Part shown: positions 1 to 10,400 of the stretch, piece after piece | Numbering within the stretch: position 1 is the stretch's first letter | Layout: each line of letters begins with the position of its first letter | Source of the DNA: Chiloscyllium plagiosum | Taxonomy: Eukaryota | DNA length: 42,283 nucleotides | Assembly (NCBI RefSeq): GCF_004010195.1 | Contig: NW_025214598.1 | Span: forward strand, 1 to 42,283 | Reading direction: 5' to 3' | Notes under the pieces: model-generated | The model's database searches: none | What the model was told of the DNA's origin: nothing | What the model saw: the letters and a program-made list of their open reading frames with translations, nothing else | Program-made: the position numbers and the translations under genes

Positions 1-342
1 AGTGGCCAGTTCTCCCAGCTCAGCTTTACTCTGGTTTGGTCTGGCTATTCAGTGAAGGCAGTCAGGCAGTTAAAAAAGCTGCTGGACCCAAAGAAGCAGG
101 TCCAAGCTGATCCTCCTCTCTCTCTTTGACTTCTCTCCTGTAAGAACATGAGTTTGATTTTACCTTTTGTTTGTTTCATTCGATAAACAAAACAGAATTT
201 ATTTCCAAGATTAAAACTAAGTGGTTTGACCAGCTGCATCACTCGTGTAATATCCGCCTCGCACCTACCTAAAACAACTAGCACAGTTAGGGTCTGGGCC
301 ACTCTTGAAGTGTCTTGAGCGAGTCTGGCCTGGTCCATAGCC
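1..342. mobile_element. Possible 3' part of an LTR-like interspersed repeat (unclassified)
   Basis: Non-coding. It has a CT-rich tract and an end (GTCTGGCCTGGTCCATAG) that resemble, from memory only, LTR-type repeats of fish genomes. No second LTR or PBS/PPT is visible. Confidence 0.25.
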
Positions 343-346
343 ATTA

Positions 347-423
347 GGGTACAACAAATACAATACACAAGATTGGAGGTGGTACAGGTGAAATGCTGCT
401 TCACCTGGAAAGACTGTTTGTGT
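347..423 (-). mobile_element. Short Penelope-like element fragment (region leading into the GIY-YIG endonuclease)
   Basis: The minus frame reads KQSFQVKQHFTCTTSNLVYCICC. This matches the FTCxSxNLVYCIxC motif at the first strand of PLE GIY-YIG domains. Confidence 0.65.
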
Positions 424-477
424 GTCAGAATTTTCCCTATGGAAAATAGGGAATTACCCAAGCAGATTCTACAGCTT

Positions 478-1032
478 AATGTTGTAAGTTTGCTTGCTGA
501 GCTGGTGGATTTGTTTTCAGACATTTCATCACCATGCTAGGTAACATCACCATTGAACATCTGGTGAAGCATTGGTATTCTGTCCCGCTTGTTATTTATC
601 TGTCTTGCTTTGTTGTGGCAGGTGATATCATTTCTGGTTTGGTTTCTGAAAGGTTGGTAAATGAGGTCCAAATCTAGATGTTTGCTAATGGAGTTCTGGT
701 TTGAATAACAGGCCTCTGGGAATTCCTGTGCATGTCTTTGTTTGGCCTGTCCCAGGATGGATGTATTGTCCCAGTCGAACTGGTGTCTCTCTTTGTTTGC
801 GTGTATGGATACCAGTGATAGTTGCCTTTTGGTGGCTAGTTGGTGCTCATGTATCATGGTGGCTAGTTTCCTGCCCGTCTGTCCAATGGAATGTTTGTTG
901 CAGTCCTTGCAGGGTATTTTGTATATGACGTTTGTTCTGCTGGTTGTTGCTACAGGGTCTTTTAAATTCATCAGGAGCTGTTTCAGTGTGGTGGTAGGTT
1001 TGTGGGCCACCATGATGGCTAAGGGCCAGAGT
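478..1032 (-). mobile_element. Penelope-like retroelement 3' fragment: degenerate GIY-YIG endonuclease plus pLTR/3' end
   Basis: ORF 537..1079(-) reads NVIYKIPCKDCNKHSIGQTGRKLATMIHEH...HQFDWDNTSIL...EFPEA. This is the VIY...CxxC...(Y)IGxTxR...EH pattern of PLE GIY-YIG, with YIG mutated to SIG. No RT is present. A hammerhead-like motif lies at the 3' end. Confidence 0.9.
516..557 (-). ncRNA. Degenerate minimal hammerhead ribozyme motif of a PLE pLTR
   Basis: Minus strand: TTCA-ATGGTGA-T-GTTACC-tagcat-GGTGAT-GAAA-T-GTC-TGAA. Stem I (TTCA/TGAA) and stem II pair. The core CTGANGA has decayed to ATGGTGA, so it is probably inactive. Confidence 0.6.
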
Positions 1033-1220
1033 ACATAAAACATAGCATAATACAGCAGAGTACATGCCCTTGAACTCACAACGTTGTGCTGAGCATTTAT
1101 CTTAATCTAACTTCAACCTAACCTACACACCCCTAAATTTACTGCCGTCCACATGCTTGTCCAGCACCGTTTAAATGTCCCTAATGTCTCTGACTCTACT
1201 ACCACCACCGGCAGTACACT
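1033..1220 (-). mobile_element. CR1-type LINE 3' end (ORF2 C-terminus, 3'UTR and tail), truncated at the GA tract
   Basis: The minus frame reads LPVVVVESETLGTFKR, the CR1 ORF2 terminal motif. The DNA resembles 41807-41970 (e.g. TACAGC..AGTACATGCCCTT, ACCTAACCTACAC, CCGTTTAAATG). CATAAAACATAG is the complement of a (CTATGTT)-like tail. Confidence 0.85.
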
Positions 1221-1446
1221 AGAGAGAGAGAGAACGCGAGAGAGAGCGCGCGCGAGAGAGAGAGAGAGGTCGCGAGAGAGAGAGGTCGCGAGAGAGAGAG
1301 GTCGCGAGAGAGAGAGGTCTGACTCTACTACCACCACCGGCAGTACACTAGAGAGAGAGAGAACGCGAGAGAGAGCGCGCGCGAGAGAGAGAGAGAGGTC
1401 GCGAGAGAGAGAGGTCGCGAGAGAGAGAGGTCGCGAGAGAGAGAGG
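1189..1446. repeat. Exact 129-bp tandem duplication (1189-1317 and 1318-1446) spanning the LINE/array junction
   Basis: TCTGACTCTACTACCACCACCGGCAGTACACTAGAGAG... starts at 1189 and again at 1318. Each copy includes the interrupted GA tract and three GGTCGCGAGAGAGAGA units. Confidence 0.97.
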
Positions 1447-4400
1447 GCGCGAGAGAGAGAGGGCGCGAGAGAGAGAGGGCGCGAGAGAGAGAGGGCGCGA
1501 GAGAGAGAGGGCGCGAGAGAGAGAGGGCGCGAGAGAGAGAGGGCGCGAGAGAGAGAGGGCGCGAGAGAGAGAGGGCGCGAGAGAGAGAGGGCGCGAGAGA
1601 GAGAGGGCGCGAGAGAGAGAGGGCGCGAGAGAGAGAGGGCGCGAGAGAGAGAGGGCGCGAGAGAGAGAGGGCGCGAGAGAGAGAGGGCGCGAGAGAGAGA
1701 GGGCGCGAGAGAGAGAGGGCGCGAGAGAGAGAGGGCGCGAGAGAGAGAGGGCGCGAGAGAGAGAGGGCGCGAGAGAGAGAGGGCGCGAGAGAGAGAGGGC
1801 GCGAGAGAGAGAGGGCGCGAGAGAGAGAGGGCGCGAGAGAGAGAGGGCGCGAGAGAGAGAGGGCGCGAGAGAGAGAGGGCGCGAGAGAGAGAGGGCGCGA
1901 GAGAGAGAGGGCGCGAGAGAGAGAGGGCGCGAGAGAGAGAGGGCGCGAGAGAGAGAGGGCGCGAGAGAGAGAGGGCGCGAGAGAGAGAGGGCGCGAGAGA
2001 GAGAGGGCGCGAGAGAGAGAGGGCGCGAGAGAGAGAGGGCGCGAGAGAGAGAGGGCGCGAGAGAGAGAGGGCGCGAGAGAGAGAGGGCGCGAGAGAGAGA
2101 GGGCGCGAGAGAGAGAGGGCGCGAGAGAGAGAGGGCGCGAGAGAGAGAGGGCGCGAGAGAGAGAGGGCGCGAGAGAGAGAGGGCGCGAGAGAGAGAGGGC
2201 GCGAGAGAGAGAGGGCGCGAGAGAGAGAGGGCGCGAGAGAGAGAGGGCGCGAGAGAGAGAGGGCGCGAGAGAGAGAGGGCGCGAGAGAGAGAGGGCGCGA
2301 GAGAGAGAGGGCGCGAGAGAGAGAGGGCGCGAGAGAGAGAGGGCGCGAGAGAGAGAGGGCGCGAGAGAGAGAGGGCGCGAGAGAGAGAGGGCGCGAGAGA
2401 GAGAGGGCGCGAGAGAGAGAGGGCGCGAGAGAGAGAGGGCGCGAGAGAGAGAGGGCGCGAGAGAGAGAGGGCGCGAGAGAGAGAGGGCGCGAGAGAGAGA
2501 GGGCGCGAGAGAGAGAGGGCGCGAGAGAGAGAGGGCGCGAGAGAGAGAGGGCGCGAGAGAGAGAGGGCGCGAGAGAGAGAGGGCGCGAGAGAGAGAGGGC
2601 GCGAGAGAGAGAGGGCGCGAGAGAGAGAGGGCGCGAGAGAGAGAGGGCGCGAGAGAGAGAGGGCGCGAGAGAGAGAGGGCGCGAGAGAGAGAGGGCGCGA
2701 GAGAGAGAGGGCGCGAGAGAGAGAGGGCGCGAGAGAGAGAGGGCGCGAGAGAGAGAGGGCGCGAGAGAGAGAGGGCGCGAGAGAGAGAGGGCGCGAGAGA
2801 GAGAGGGCGCGAGAGAGAGAGGGCGCGAGAGAGAGAGGGCGCGAGAGAGAGAGGGCGCGAGAGAGAGAGGGCGCGAGAGAGAGAGGGCGCGAGAGAGAGA
2901 GGGCGCGAGAGAGAGAGGGCGCGAGAGAGAGAGGGCGCGAGAGAGAGAGGGCGCGAGAGAGAGAGGGCGCGAGAGAGAGAGGGCGCGAGAGAGAGAGGGC
3001 GCGAGAGAGAGAGGGCGCGAGAGAGAGAGGGCGCGAGAGAGAGAGGGCGCGAGAGAGAGAGGGCGCGAGAGAGAGAGGGCGCGAGAGAGAGAGGGCGCGA
3101 GAGAGAGAGGGCGCGAGAGAGAGAGGGCGCGAGAGAGAGAGGGCGCGAGAGAGAGAGGGCGCGAGAGAGAGAGGGCGCGAGAGAGAGAGGGCGCGAGAGA
3201 GAGAGGGCGCGAGAGAGAGAGGGCGCGAGAGAGAGAGGGCGCGAGAGAGAGAGGGCGCGAGAGAGAGAGGGCGCGAGAGAGAGAGGGCGCGAGAGAGAGA
3301 GGGCGCGAGAGAGAGAGGGCGCGAGAGAGAGAGGGCGCGAGAGAGAGAGGGCGCGAGAGAGAGAGGGCGCGAGAGAGAGAGGGCGCGAGAGAGAGAGGGC
3401 GCGAGAGAGAGAGGGCGCGAGAGAGAGAGGGCGCGAGAGAGAGAGGGCGCGAGAGAGAGAGGGCGCGAGAGAGAGAGGGCGCGAGAGAGAGAGGGCGCGA
3501 GAGAGAGAGGGCGCGAGAGAGAGAGGGCGCGAGAGAGAGAGGGCGCGAGAGAGAGAGGGCGCGAGAGAGAGAGGGCGCGAGAGAGAGAGGGCGCGAGAGA
3601 GAGAGGGCGCGAGAGAGAGAGGGCGCGAGAGAGAGAGGGCGCGAGAGAGAGAGGGCGCGAGAGAGAGAGGGCGCGAGAGAGAGAGGGCGCGAGAGAGAGA
3701 GGGCGCGAGAGAGAGAGGGCGCGAGAGAGAGAGGGCGCGAGAGAGAGAGGGCGCGAGAGAGAGAGGGCGCGAGAGAGAGAGGGCGCGAGAGAGAGAGGGC
3801 GCGAGAGAGAGAGGGCGCGAGAGAGAGAGGGCGCGAGAGAGAGAGGGCGCGAGAGAGAGAGGGCGCGAGAGAGAGAGGGCGCGAGAGAGAGAGGGCGCGA
3901 GAGAGAGAGGGCGCGAGAGAGAGAGGGCGCGAGAGAGAGAGGGCGCGAGAGAGAGAGGGCGCGAGAGAGAGAGGGCGCGAGAGAGAGAGGGCGCGAGAGA
4001 GAGAGGGCGCGAGAGAGAGAGGGCGCGAGAGAGAGAGGGCGCGAGAGAGAGAGGGCGCGAGAGAGAGAGGGCGCGAGAGAGAGAGGGCGCGAGAGAGAGA
4101 GGGCGCGAGAGAGAGAGGGCGCGAGAGAGAGAGGGCGCGAGAGAGAGAGGGCGCGAGAGAGAGAGGGCGCGAGAGAGAGAGGGCGCGAGAGAGAGAGGGC
4201 GCGAGAGAGAGAGGGCGCGAGAGAGAGAGGGCGCGAGAGAGAGAGGGCGCGAGAGAGAGAGGGCGCGAGAGAGAGAGGGCGCGAGAGAGAGAGGGCGCGA
4301 GAGAGAGAGGGCGCGAGAGAGAGAGGGCGCGAGAGAGAGAGGGCGCGAGAGAGAGAGGGCGCGAGAGAGAGAGGGCGCGAGAGAGAGAGGGCGCGAGAGA

Positions 4401-7400
4401 GAGAGGGCGCGAGAGAGAGAGGGCGCGAGAGAGAGAGGGCGCGAGAGAGAGAGGGCGCGAGAGAGAGAGGGCGCGAGAGAGAGAGGGCGCGAGAGAGAGA
4501 GGGCGCGAGAGAGAGAGGGCGCGAGAGAGAGAGGGCGCGAGAGAGAGAGGGCGCGAGAGAGAGAGGGCGCGAGAGAGAGAGGGCGCGAGAGAGAGAGGGC
4601 GCGAGAGAGAGAGGGCGCGAGAGAGAGAGGGCGCGAGAGAGAGAGGGCGCGAGAGAGAGAGGGCGCGAGAGAGAGAGGGCGCGAGAGAGAGAGGGCGCGA
4701 GAGAGAGAGGGCGCGAGAGAGAGAGGGCGCGAGAGAGAGAGGGCGCGAGAGAGAGAGGGCGCGAGAGAGAGAGGGCGCGAGAGAGAGAGGGCGCGAGAGA
4801 GAGAGGGCGCGAGAGAGAGAGGGCGCGAGAGAGAGAGGGCGCGAGAGAGAGAGGGCGCGAGAGAGAGAGGGCGCGAGAGAGAGAGGGCGCGAGAGAGAGA
4901 GGGCGCGAGAGAGAGAGGGCGCGAGAGAGAGAGGGCGCGAGAGAGAGAGGGCGCGAGAGAGAGAGGGCGCGAGAGAGAGAGGGCGCGAGAGAGAGAGGGC
5001 GCGAGAGAGAGAGGGCGCGAGAGAGAGAGGGCGCGAGAGAGAGAGGGCGCGAGAGAGAGAGGGCGCGAGAGAGAGAGGGCGCGAGAGAGAGAGGGCGCGA
5101 GAGAGAGAGGGCGCGAGAGAGAGAGGGCGCGAGAGAGAGAGGGCGCGAGAGAGAGAGGGCGCGAGAGAGAGAGGGCGCGAGAGAGAGAGGGCGCGAGAGA
5201 GAGAGGGCGCGAGAGAGAGAGGGCGCGAGAGAGAGAGGGCGCGAGAGAGAGAGGGCGCGAGAGAGAGAGGGCGCGAGAGAGAGAGGGCGCGAGAGAGAGA
5301 GGGCGCGAGAGAGAGAGGGCGCGAGAGAGAGAGGGCGCGAGAGAGAGAGGGCGCGAGAGAGAGAGGGCGCGAGAGAGAGAGGGCGCGAGAGAGAGAGGGC
5401 GCGAGAGAGAGAGGGCGCGAGAGAGAGAGGGCGCGAGAGAGAGAGGGCGCGAGAGAGAGAGGGCGCGAGAGAGAGAGGGCGCGAGAGAGAGAGGGCGCGA
5501 GAGAGAGAGGGCGCGAGAGAGAGAGGGCGCGAGAGAGAGAGGGCGCGAGAGAGAGAGGGCGCGAGAGAGAGAGGGCGCGAGAGAGAGAGGGCGCGAGAGA
5601 GAGAGGGCGCGAGAGAGAGAGGGCGCGAGAGAGAGAGGGCGCGAGAGAGAGAGGGCGCGAGAGAGAGAGGGCGCGAGAGAGAGAGGGCGCGAGAGAGAGA
5701 GGGCGCGAGAGAGAGAGGGCGCGAGAGAGAGAGGGCGCGAGAGAGAGAGGGCGCGAGAGAGAGAGGGCGCGAGAGAGAGAGGGCGCGAGAGAGAGAGGGC
5801 GCGAGAGAGAGAGGGCGCGAGAGAGAGAGGGCGCGAGAGAGAGAGGGCGCGAGAGAGAGAGGGCGCGAGAGAGAGAGGGCGCGAGAGAGAGAGGGCGCGA
5901 GAGAGAGAGGGCGCGAGAGAGAGAGGGCGCGAGAGAGAGAGGGCGCGAGAGAGAGAGGGCGCGAGAGAGAGAGGGCGCGAGAGAGAGAGGGCGCGAGAGA
6001 GAGAGGGCGCGAGAGAGAGAGGGCGCGAGAGAGAGAGGGCGCGAGAGAGAGAGGGCGCGAGAGAGAGAGGGCGCGAGAGAGAGAGGGCGCGAGAGAGAGA
6101 GGGCGCGAGAGAGAGAGGGCGCGAGAGAGAGAGGGCGCGAGAGAGAGAGGGCGCGAGAGAGAGAGGGCGCGAGAGAGAGAGGGCGCGAGAGAGAGAGGGC
6201 GCGAGAGAGAGAGGGCGCGAGAGAGAGAGGGCGCGAGAGAGAGAGGGCGCGAGAGAGAGAGGGCGCGAGAGAGAGAGGGCGCGAGAGAGAGAGGGCGCGA
6301 GAGAGAGAGGGCGCGAGAGAGAGAGGGCGCGAGAGAGAGAGGGCGCGAGAGAGAGAGGGCGCGAGAGAGAGAGGGCGCGAGAGAGAGAGGGCGCGAGAGA
6401 GAGAGGGCGCGAGAGAGAGAGGGCGCGAGAGAGAGAGGGCGCGAGAGAGAGAGGGCGCGAGAGAGAGAGGGCGCGAGAGAGAGAGGGCGCGAGAGAGAGA
6501 GGGCGCGAGAGAGAGAGGGCGCGAGAGAGAGAGGGCGCGAGAGAGAGAGGGCGCGAGAGAGAGAGGGCGCGAGAGAGAGAGGGCGCGAGAGAGAGAGGGC
6601 GCGAGAGAGAGAGGGCGCGAGAGAGAGAGGGCGCGAGAGAGAGAGGGCGCGAGAGAGAGAGGGCGCGAGAGAGAGAGGGCGCGAGAGAGAGAGGGCGCGA
6701 GAGAGAGAGGGCGCGAGAGAGAGAGGGCGCGAGAGAGAGAGGGCGCGAGAGAGAGAGGGCGCGAGAGAGAGAGGGCGCGAGAGAGAGAGGGCGCGAGAGA
6801 GAGAGGGCGCGAGAGAGAGAGGGCGCGAGAGAGAGAGGGCGCGAGAGAGAGAGGGCGCGAGAGAGAGAGGGCGCGAGAGAGAGAGGGCGCGAGAGAGAGA
6901 GGGCGCGAGAGAGAGAGGGCGCGAGAGAGAGAGGGCGCGAGAGAGAGAGGGCGCGAGAGAGAGAGGGCGCGAGAGAGAGAGGGCGCGAGAGAGAGAGGGC
7001 GCGAGAGAGAGAGGGCGCGAGAGAGAGAGGGCGCGAGAGAGAGAGGGCGCGAGAGAGAGAGGGCGCGAGAGAGAGAGGGCGCGAGAGAGAGAGGGCGCGA
7101 GAGAGAGAGGGCGCGAGAGAGAGAGGGCGCGAGAGAGAGAGGGCGCGAGAGAGAGAGGGCGCGAGAGAGAGAGGGCGCGAGAGAGAGAGGGCGCGAGAGA
7201 GAGAGGGCGCGAGAGAGAGAGGGCGCGAGAGAGAGAGGGCGCGAGAGAGAGAGGGCGCGAGAGAGAGAGGGCGCGAGAGAGAGAGGGCGCGAGAGAGAGA
7301 GGGCGCGAGAGAGAGAGGGCGCGAGAGAGAGAGGGCGCGAGAGAGAGAGGGCGCGAGAGAGAGAGGGCGCGAGAGAGAGAGGGCGCGAGAGAGAGAGGGC

Positions 7401-10400
7401 GCGAGAGAGAGAGGGCGCGAGAGAGAGAGGGCGCGAGAGAGAGAGGGCGCGAGAGAGAGAGGGCGCGAGAGAGAGAGGGCGCGAGAGAGAGAGGGCGCGA
7501 GAGAGAGAGGGCGCGAGAGAGAGAGGGCGCGAGAGAGAGAGGGCGCGAGAGAGAGAGGGCGCGAGAGAGAGAGGGCGCGAGAGAGAGAGGGCGCGAGAGA
7601 GAGAGGGCGCGAGAGAGAGAGGGCGCGAGAGAGAGAGGGCGCGAGAGAGAGAGGGCGCGAGAGAGAGAGGGCGCGAGAGAGAGAGGGCGCGAGAGAGAGA
7701 GGGCGCGAGAGAGAGAGGGCGCGAGAGAGAGAGGGCGCGAGAGAGAGAGGGCGCGAGAGAGAGAGGGCGCGAGAGAGAGAGGGCGCGAGAGAGAGAGGGC
7801 GCGAGAGAGAGAGGGCGCGAGAGAGAGAGGGCGCGAGAGAGAGAGGGCGCGAGAGAGAGAGGGCGCGAGAGAGAGAGGGCGCGAGAGAGAGAGGGCGCGA
7901 GAGAGAGAGGGCGCGAGAGAGAGAGGGCGCGAGAGAGAGAGGGCGCGAGAGAGAGAGGGCGCGAGAGAGAGAGGGCGCGAGAGAGAGAGGGCGCGAGAGA
8001 GAGAGGGCGCGAGAGAGAGAGGGCGCGAGAGAGAGAGGGCGCGAGAGAGAGAGGGCGCGAGAGAGAGAGGGCGCGAGAGAGAGAGGGCGCGAGAGAGAGA
8101 GGGCGCGAGAGAGAGAGGGCGCGAGAGAGAGAGGGCGCGAGAGAGAGAGGGCGCGAGAGAGAGAGGGCGCGAGAGAGAGAGGGCGCGAGAGAGAGAGGGC
8201 GCGAGAGAGAGAGGGCGCGAGAGAGAGAGGGCGCGAGAGAGAGAGGGCGCGAGAGAGAGAGGGCGCGAGAGAGAGAGGGCGCGAGAGAGAGAGGGCGCGA
8301 GAGAGAGAGGGCGCGAGAGAGAGAGGGCGCGAGAGAGAGAGGGCGCGAGAGAGAGAGGGCGCGAGAGAGAGAGGGCGCGAGAGAGAGAGGGCGCGAGAGA
8401 GAGAGGGCGCGAGAGAGAGAGGGCGCGAGAGAGAGAGGGCGCGAGAGAGAGAGGGCGCGAGAGAGAGAGGGCGCGAGAGAGAGAGGGCGCGAGAGAGAGA
8501 GGGCGCGAGAGAGAGAGGGCGCGAGAGAGAGAGGGCGCGAGAGAGAGAGGGCGCGAGAGAGAGAGGGCGCGAGAGAGAGAGGGCGCGAGAGAGAGAGGGC
8601 GCGAGAGAGAGAGGGCGCGAGAGAGAGAGGGCGCGAGAGAGAGAGGGCGCGAGAGAGAGAGGGCGCGAGAGAGAGAGGGCGCGAGAGAGAGAGGGCGCGA
8701 GAGAGAGAGGGCGCGAGAGAGAGAGGGCGCGAGAGAGAGAGGGCGCGAGAGAGAGAGGGCGCGAGAGAGAGAGGGCGCGAGAGAGAGAGGGCGCGAGAGA
8801 GAGAGGGCGCGAGAGAGAGAGGGCGCGAGAGAGAGAGGGCGCGAGAGAGAGAGGGCGCGAGAGAGAGAGGGCGCGAGAGAGAGAGGGCGCGAGAGAGAGA
8901 GGGCGCGAGAGAGAGAGGGCGCGAGAGAGAGAGGGCGCGAGAGAGAGAGGGCGCGAGAGAGAGAGGGCGCGAGAGAGAGAGGGCGCGAGAGAGAGAGGGC
9001 GCGAGAGAGAGAGGGCGCGAGAGAGAGAGGGCGCGAGAGAGAGAGGGCGCGAGAGAGAGAGGGCGCGAGAGAGAGAGGGCGCGAGAGAGAGAGGGCGCGA
9101 GAGAGAGAGGGCGCGAGAGAGAGAGGGCGCGAGAGAGAGAGGGCGCGAGAGAGAGAGGGCGCGAGAGAGAGAGGGCGCGAGAGAGAGAGGGCGCGAGAGA
9201 GAGAGGGCGCGAGAGAGAGAGGGCGCGAGAGAGAGAGGGCGCGAGAGAGAGAGGGCGCGAGAGAGAGAGGGCGCGAGAGAGAGAGGGCGCGAGAGAGAGA
9301 GGGCGCGAGAGAGAGAGGGCGCGAGAGAGAGAGGGCGCGAGAGAGAGAGGGCGCGAGAGAGAGAGGGCGCGAGAGAGAGAGGGCGCGAGAGAGAGAGGGC
9401 GCGAGAGAGAGAGGGCGCGAGAGAGAGAGGGCGCGAGAGAGAGAGGGCGCGAGAGAGAGAGGGCGCGAGAGAGAGAGGGCGCGAGAGAGAGAGGGCGCGA
9501 GAGAGAGAGGGCGCGAGAGAGAGAGGGCGCGAGAGAGAGAGGGCGCGAGAGAGAGAGGGCGCGAGAGAGAGAGGGCGCGAGAGAGAGAGGGCGCGAGAGA
9601 GAGAGGGCGCGAGAGAGAGAGGGCGCGAGAGAGAGAGGGCGCGAGAGAGAGAGGGCGCGAGAGAGAGAGGGCGCGAGAGAGAGAGGGCGCGAGAGAGAGA
9701 GGGCGCGAGAGAGAGAGGGCGCGAGAGAGAGAGGGCGCGAGAGAGAGAGGGCGCGAGAGAGAGAGGGCGCGAGAGAGAGAGGGCGCGAGAGAGAGAGGGC
9801 GCGAGAGAGAGAGGGCGCGAGAGAGAGAGGGCGCGAGAGAGAGAGGGCGCGAGAGAGAGAGGGCGCGAGAGAGAGAGGGCGCGAGAGAGAGAGGGCGCGA
9901 GAGAGAGAGGGCGCGAGAGAGAGAGGGCGCGAGAGAGAGAGGGCGCGAGAGAGAGAGGGCGCGAGAGAGAGAGGGCGCGAGAGAGAGAGGGCGCGAGAGA
10001 GAGAGGGCGCGAGAGAGAGAGGGCGCGAGAGAGAGAGGGCGCGAGAGAGAGAGGGCGCGAGAGAGAGAGGGCGCGAGAGAGAGAGGGCGCGAGAGAGAGA
10101 GGGCGCGAGAGAGAGAGGGCGCGAGAGAGAGAGGGCGCGAGAGAGAGAGGGCGCGAGAGAGAGAGGGCGCGAGAGAGAGAGGGCGCGAGAGAGAGAGGGC
10201 GCGAGAGAGAGAGGGCGCGAGAGAGAGAGGGCGCGAGAGAGAGAGGGCGCGAGAGAGAGAGGGCGCGAGAGAGAGAGGGCGCGAGAGAGAGAGGGCGCGA
10301 GAGAGAGAGGGCGCGAGAGAGAGAGGGCGCGAGAGAGAGAGGGCGCGAGAGAGAGAGGGCGCGAGAGAGAGAGGGCGCGAGAGAGAGAGGGCGCGAGAGA

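Noticed and set aside
537..1079. Functional GIY-YIG nuclease gene
   Set aside because: YIG is mutated to SIG, there is no RT, and the ORF start lies in the neighbouring CR1 tail, so it is a chimeric relic.
1268..1440. TCGCGAGA resembling the TCTCGCGAGA promoter motif
   Set aside because: Only a partial match, arising from the repeat unit; no promoter or gene context.
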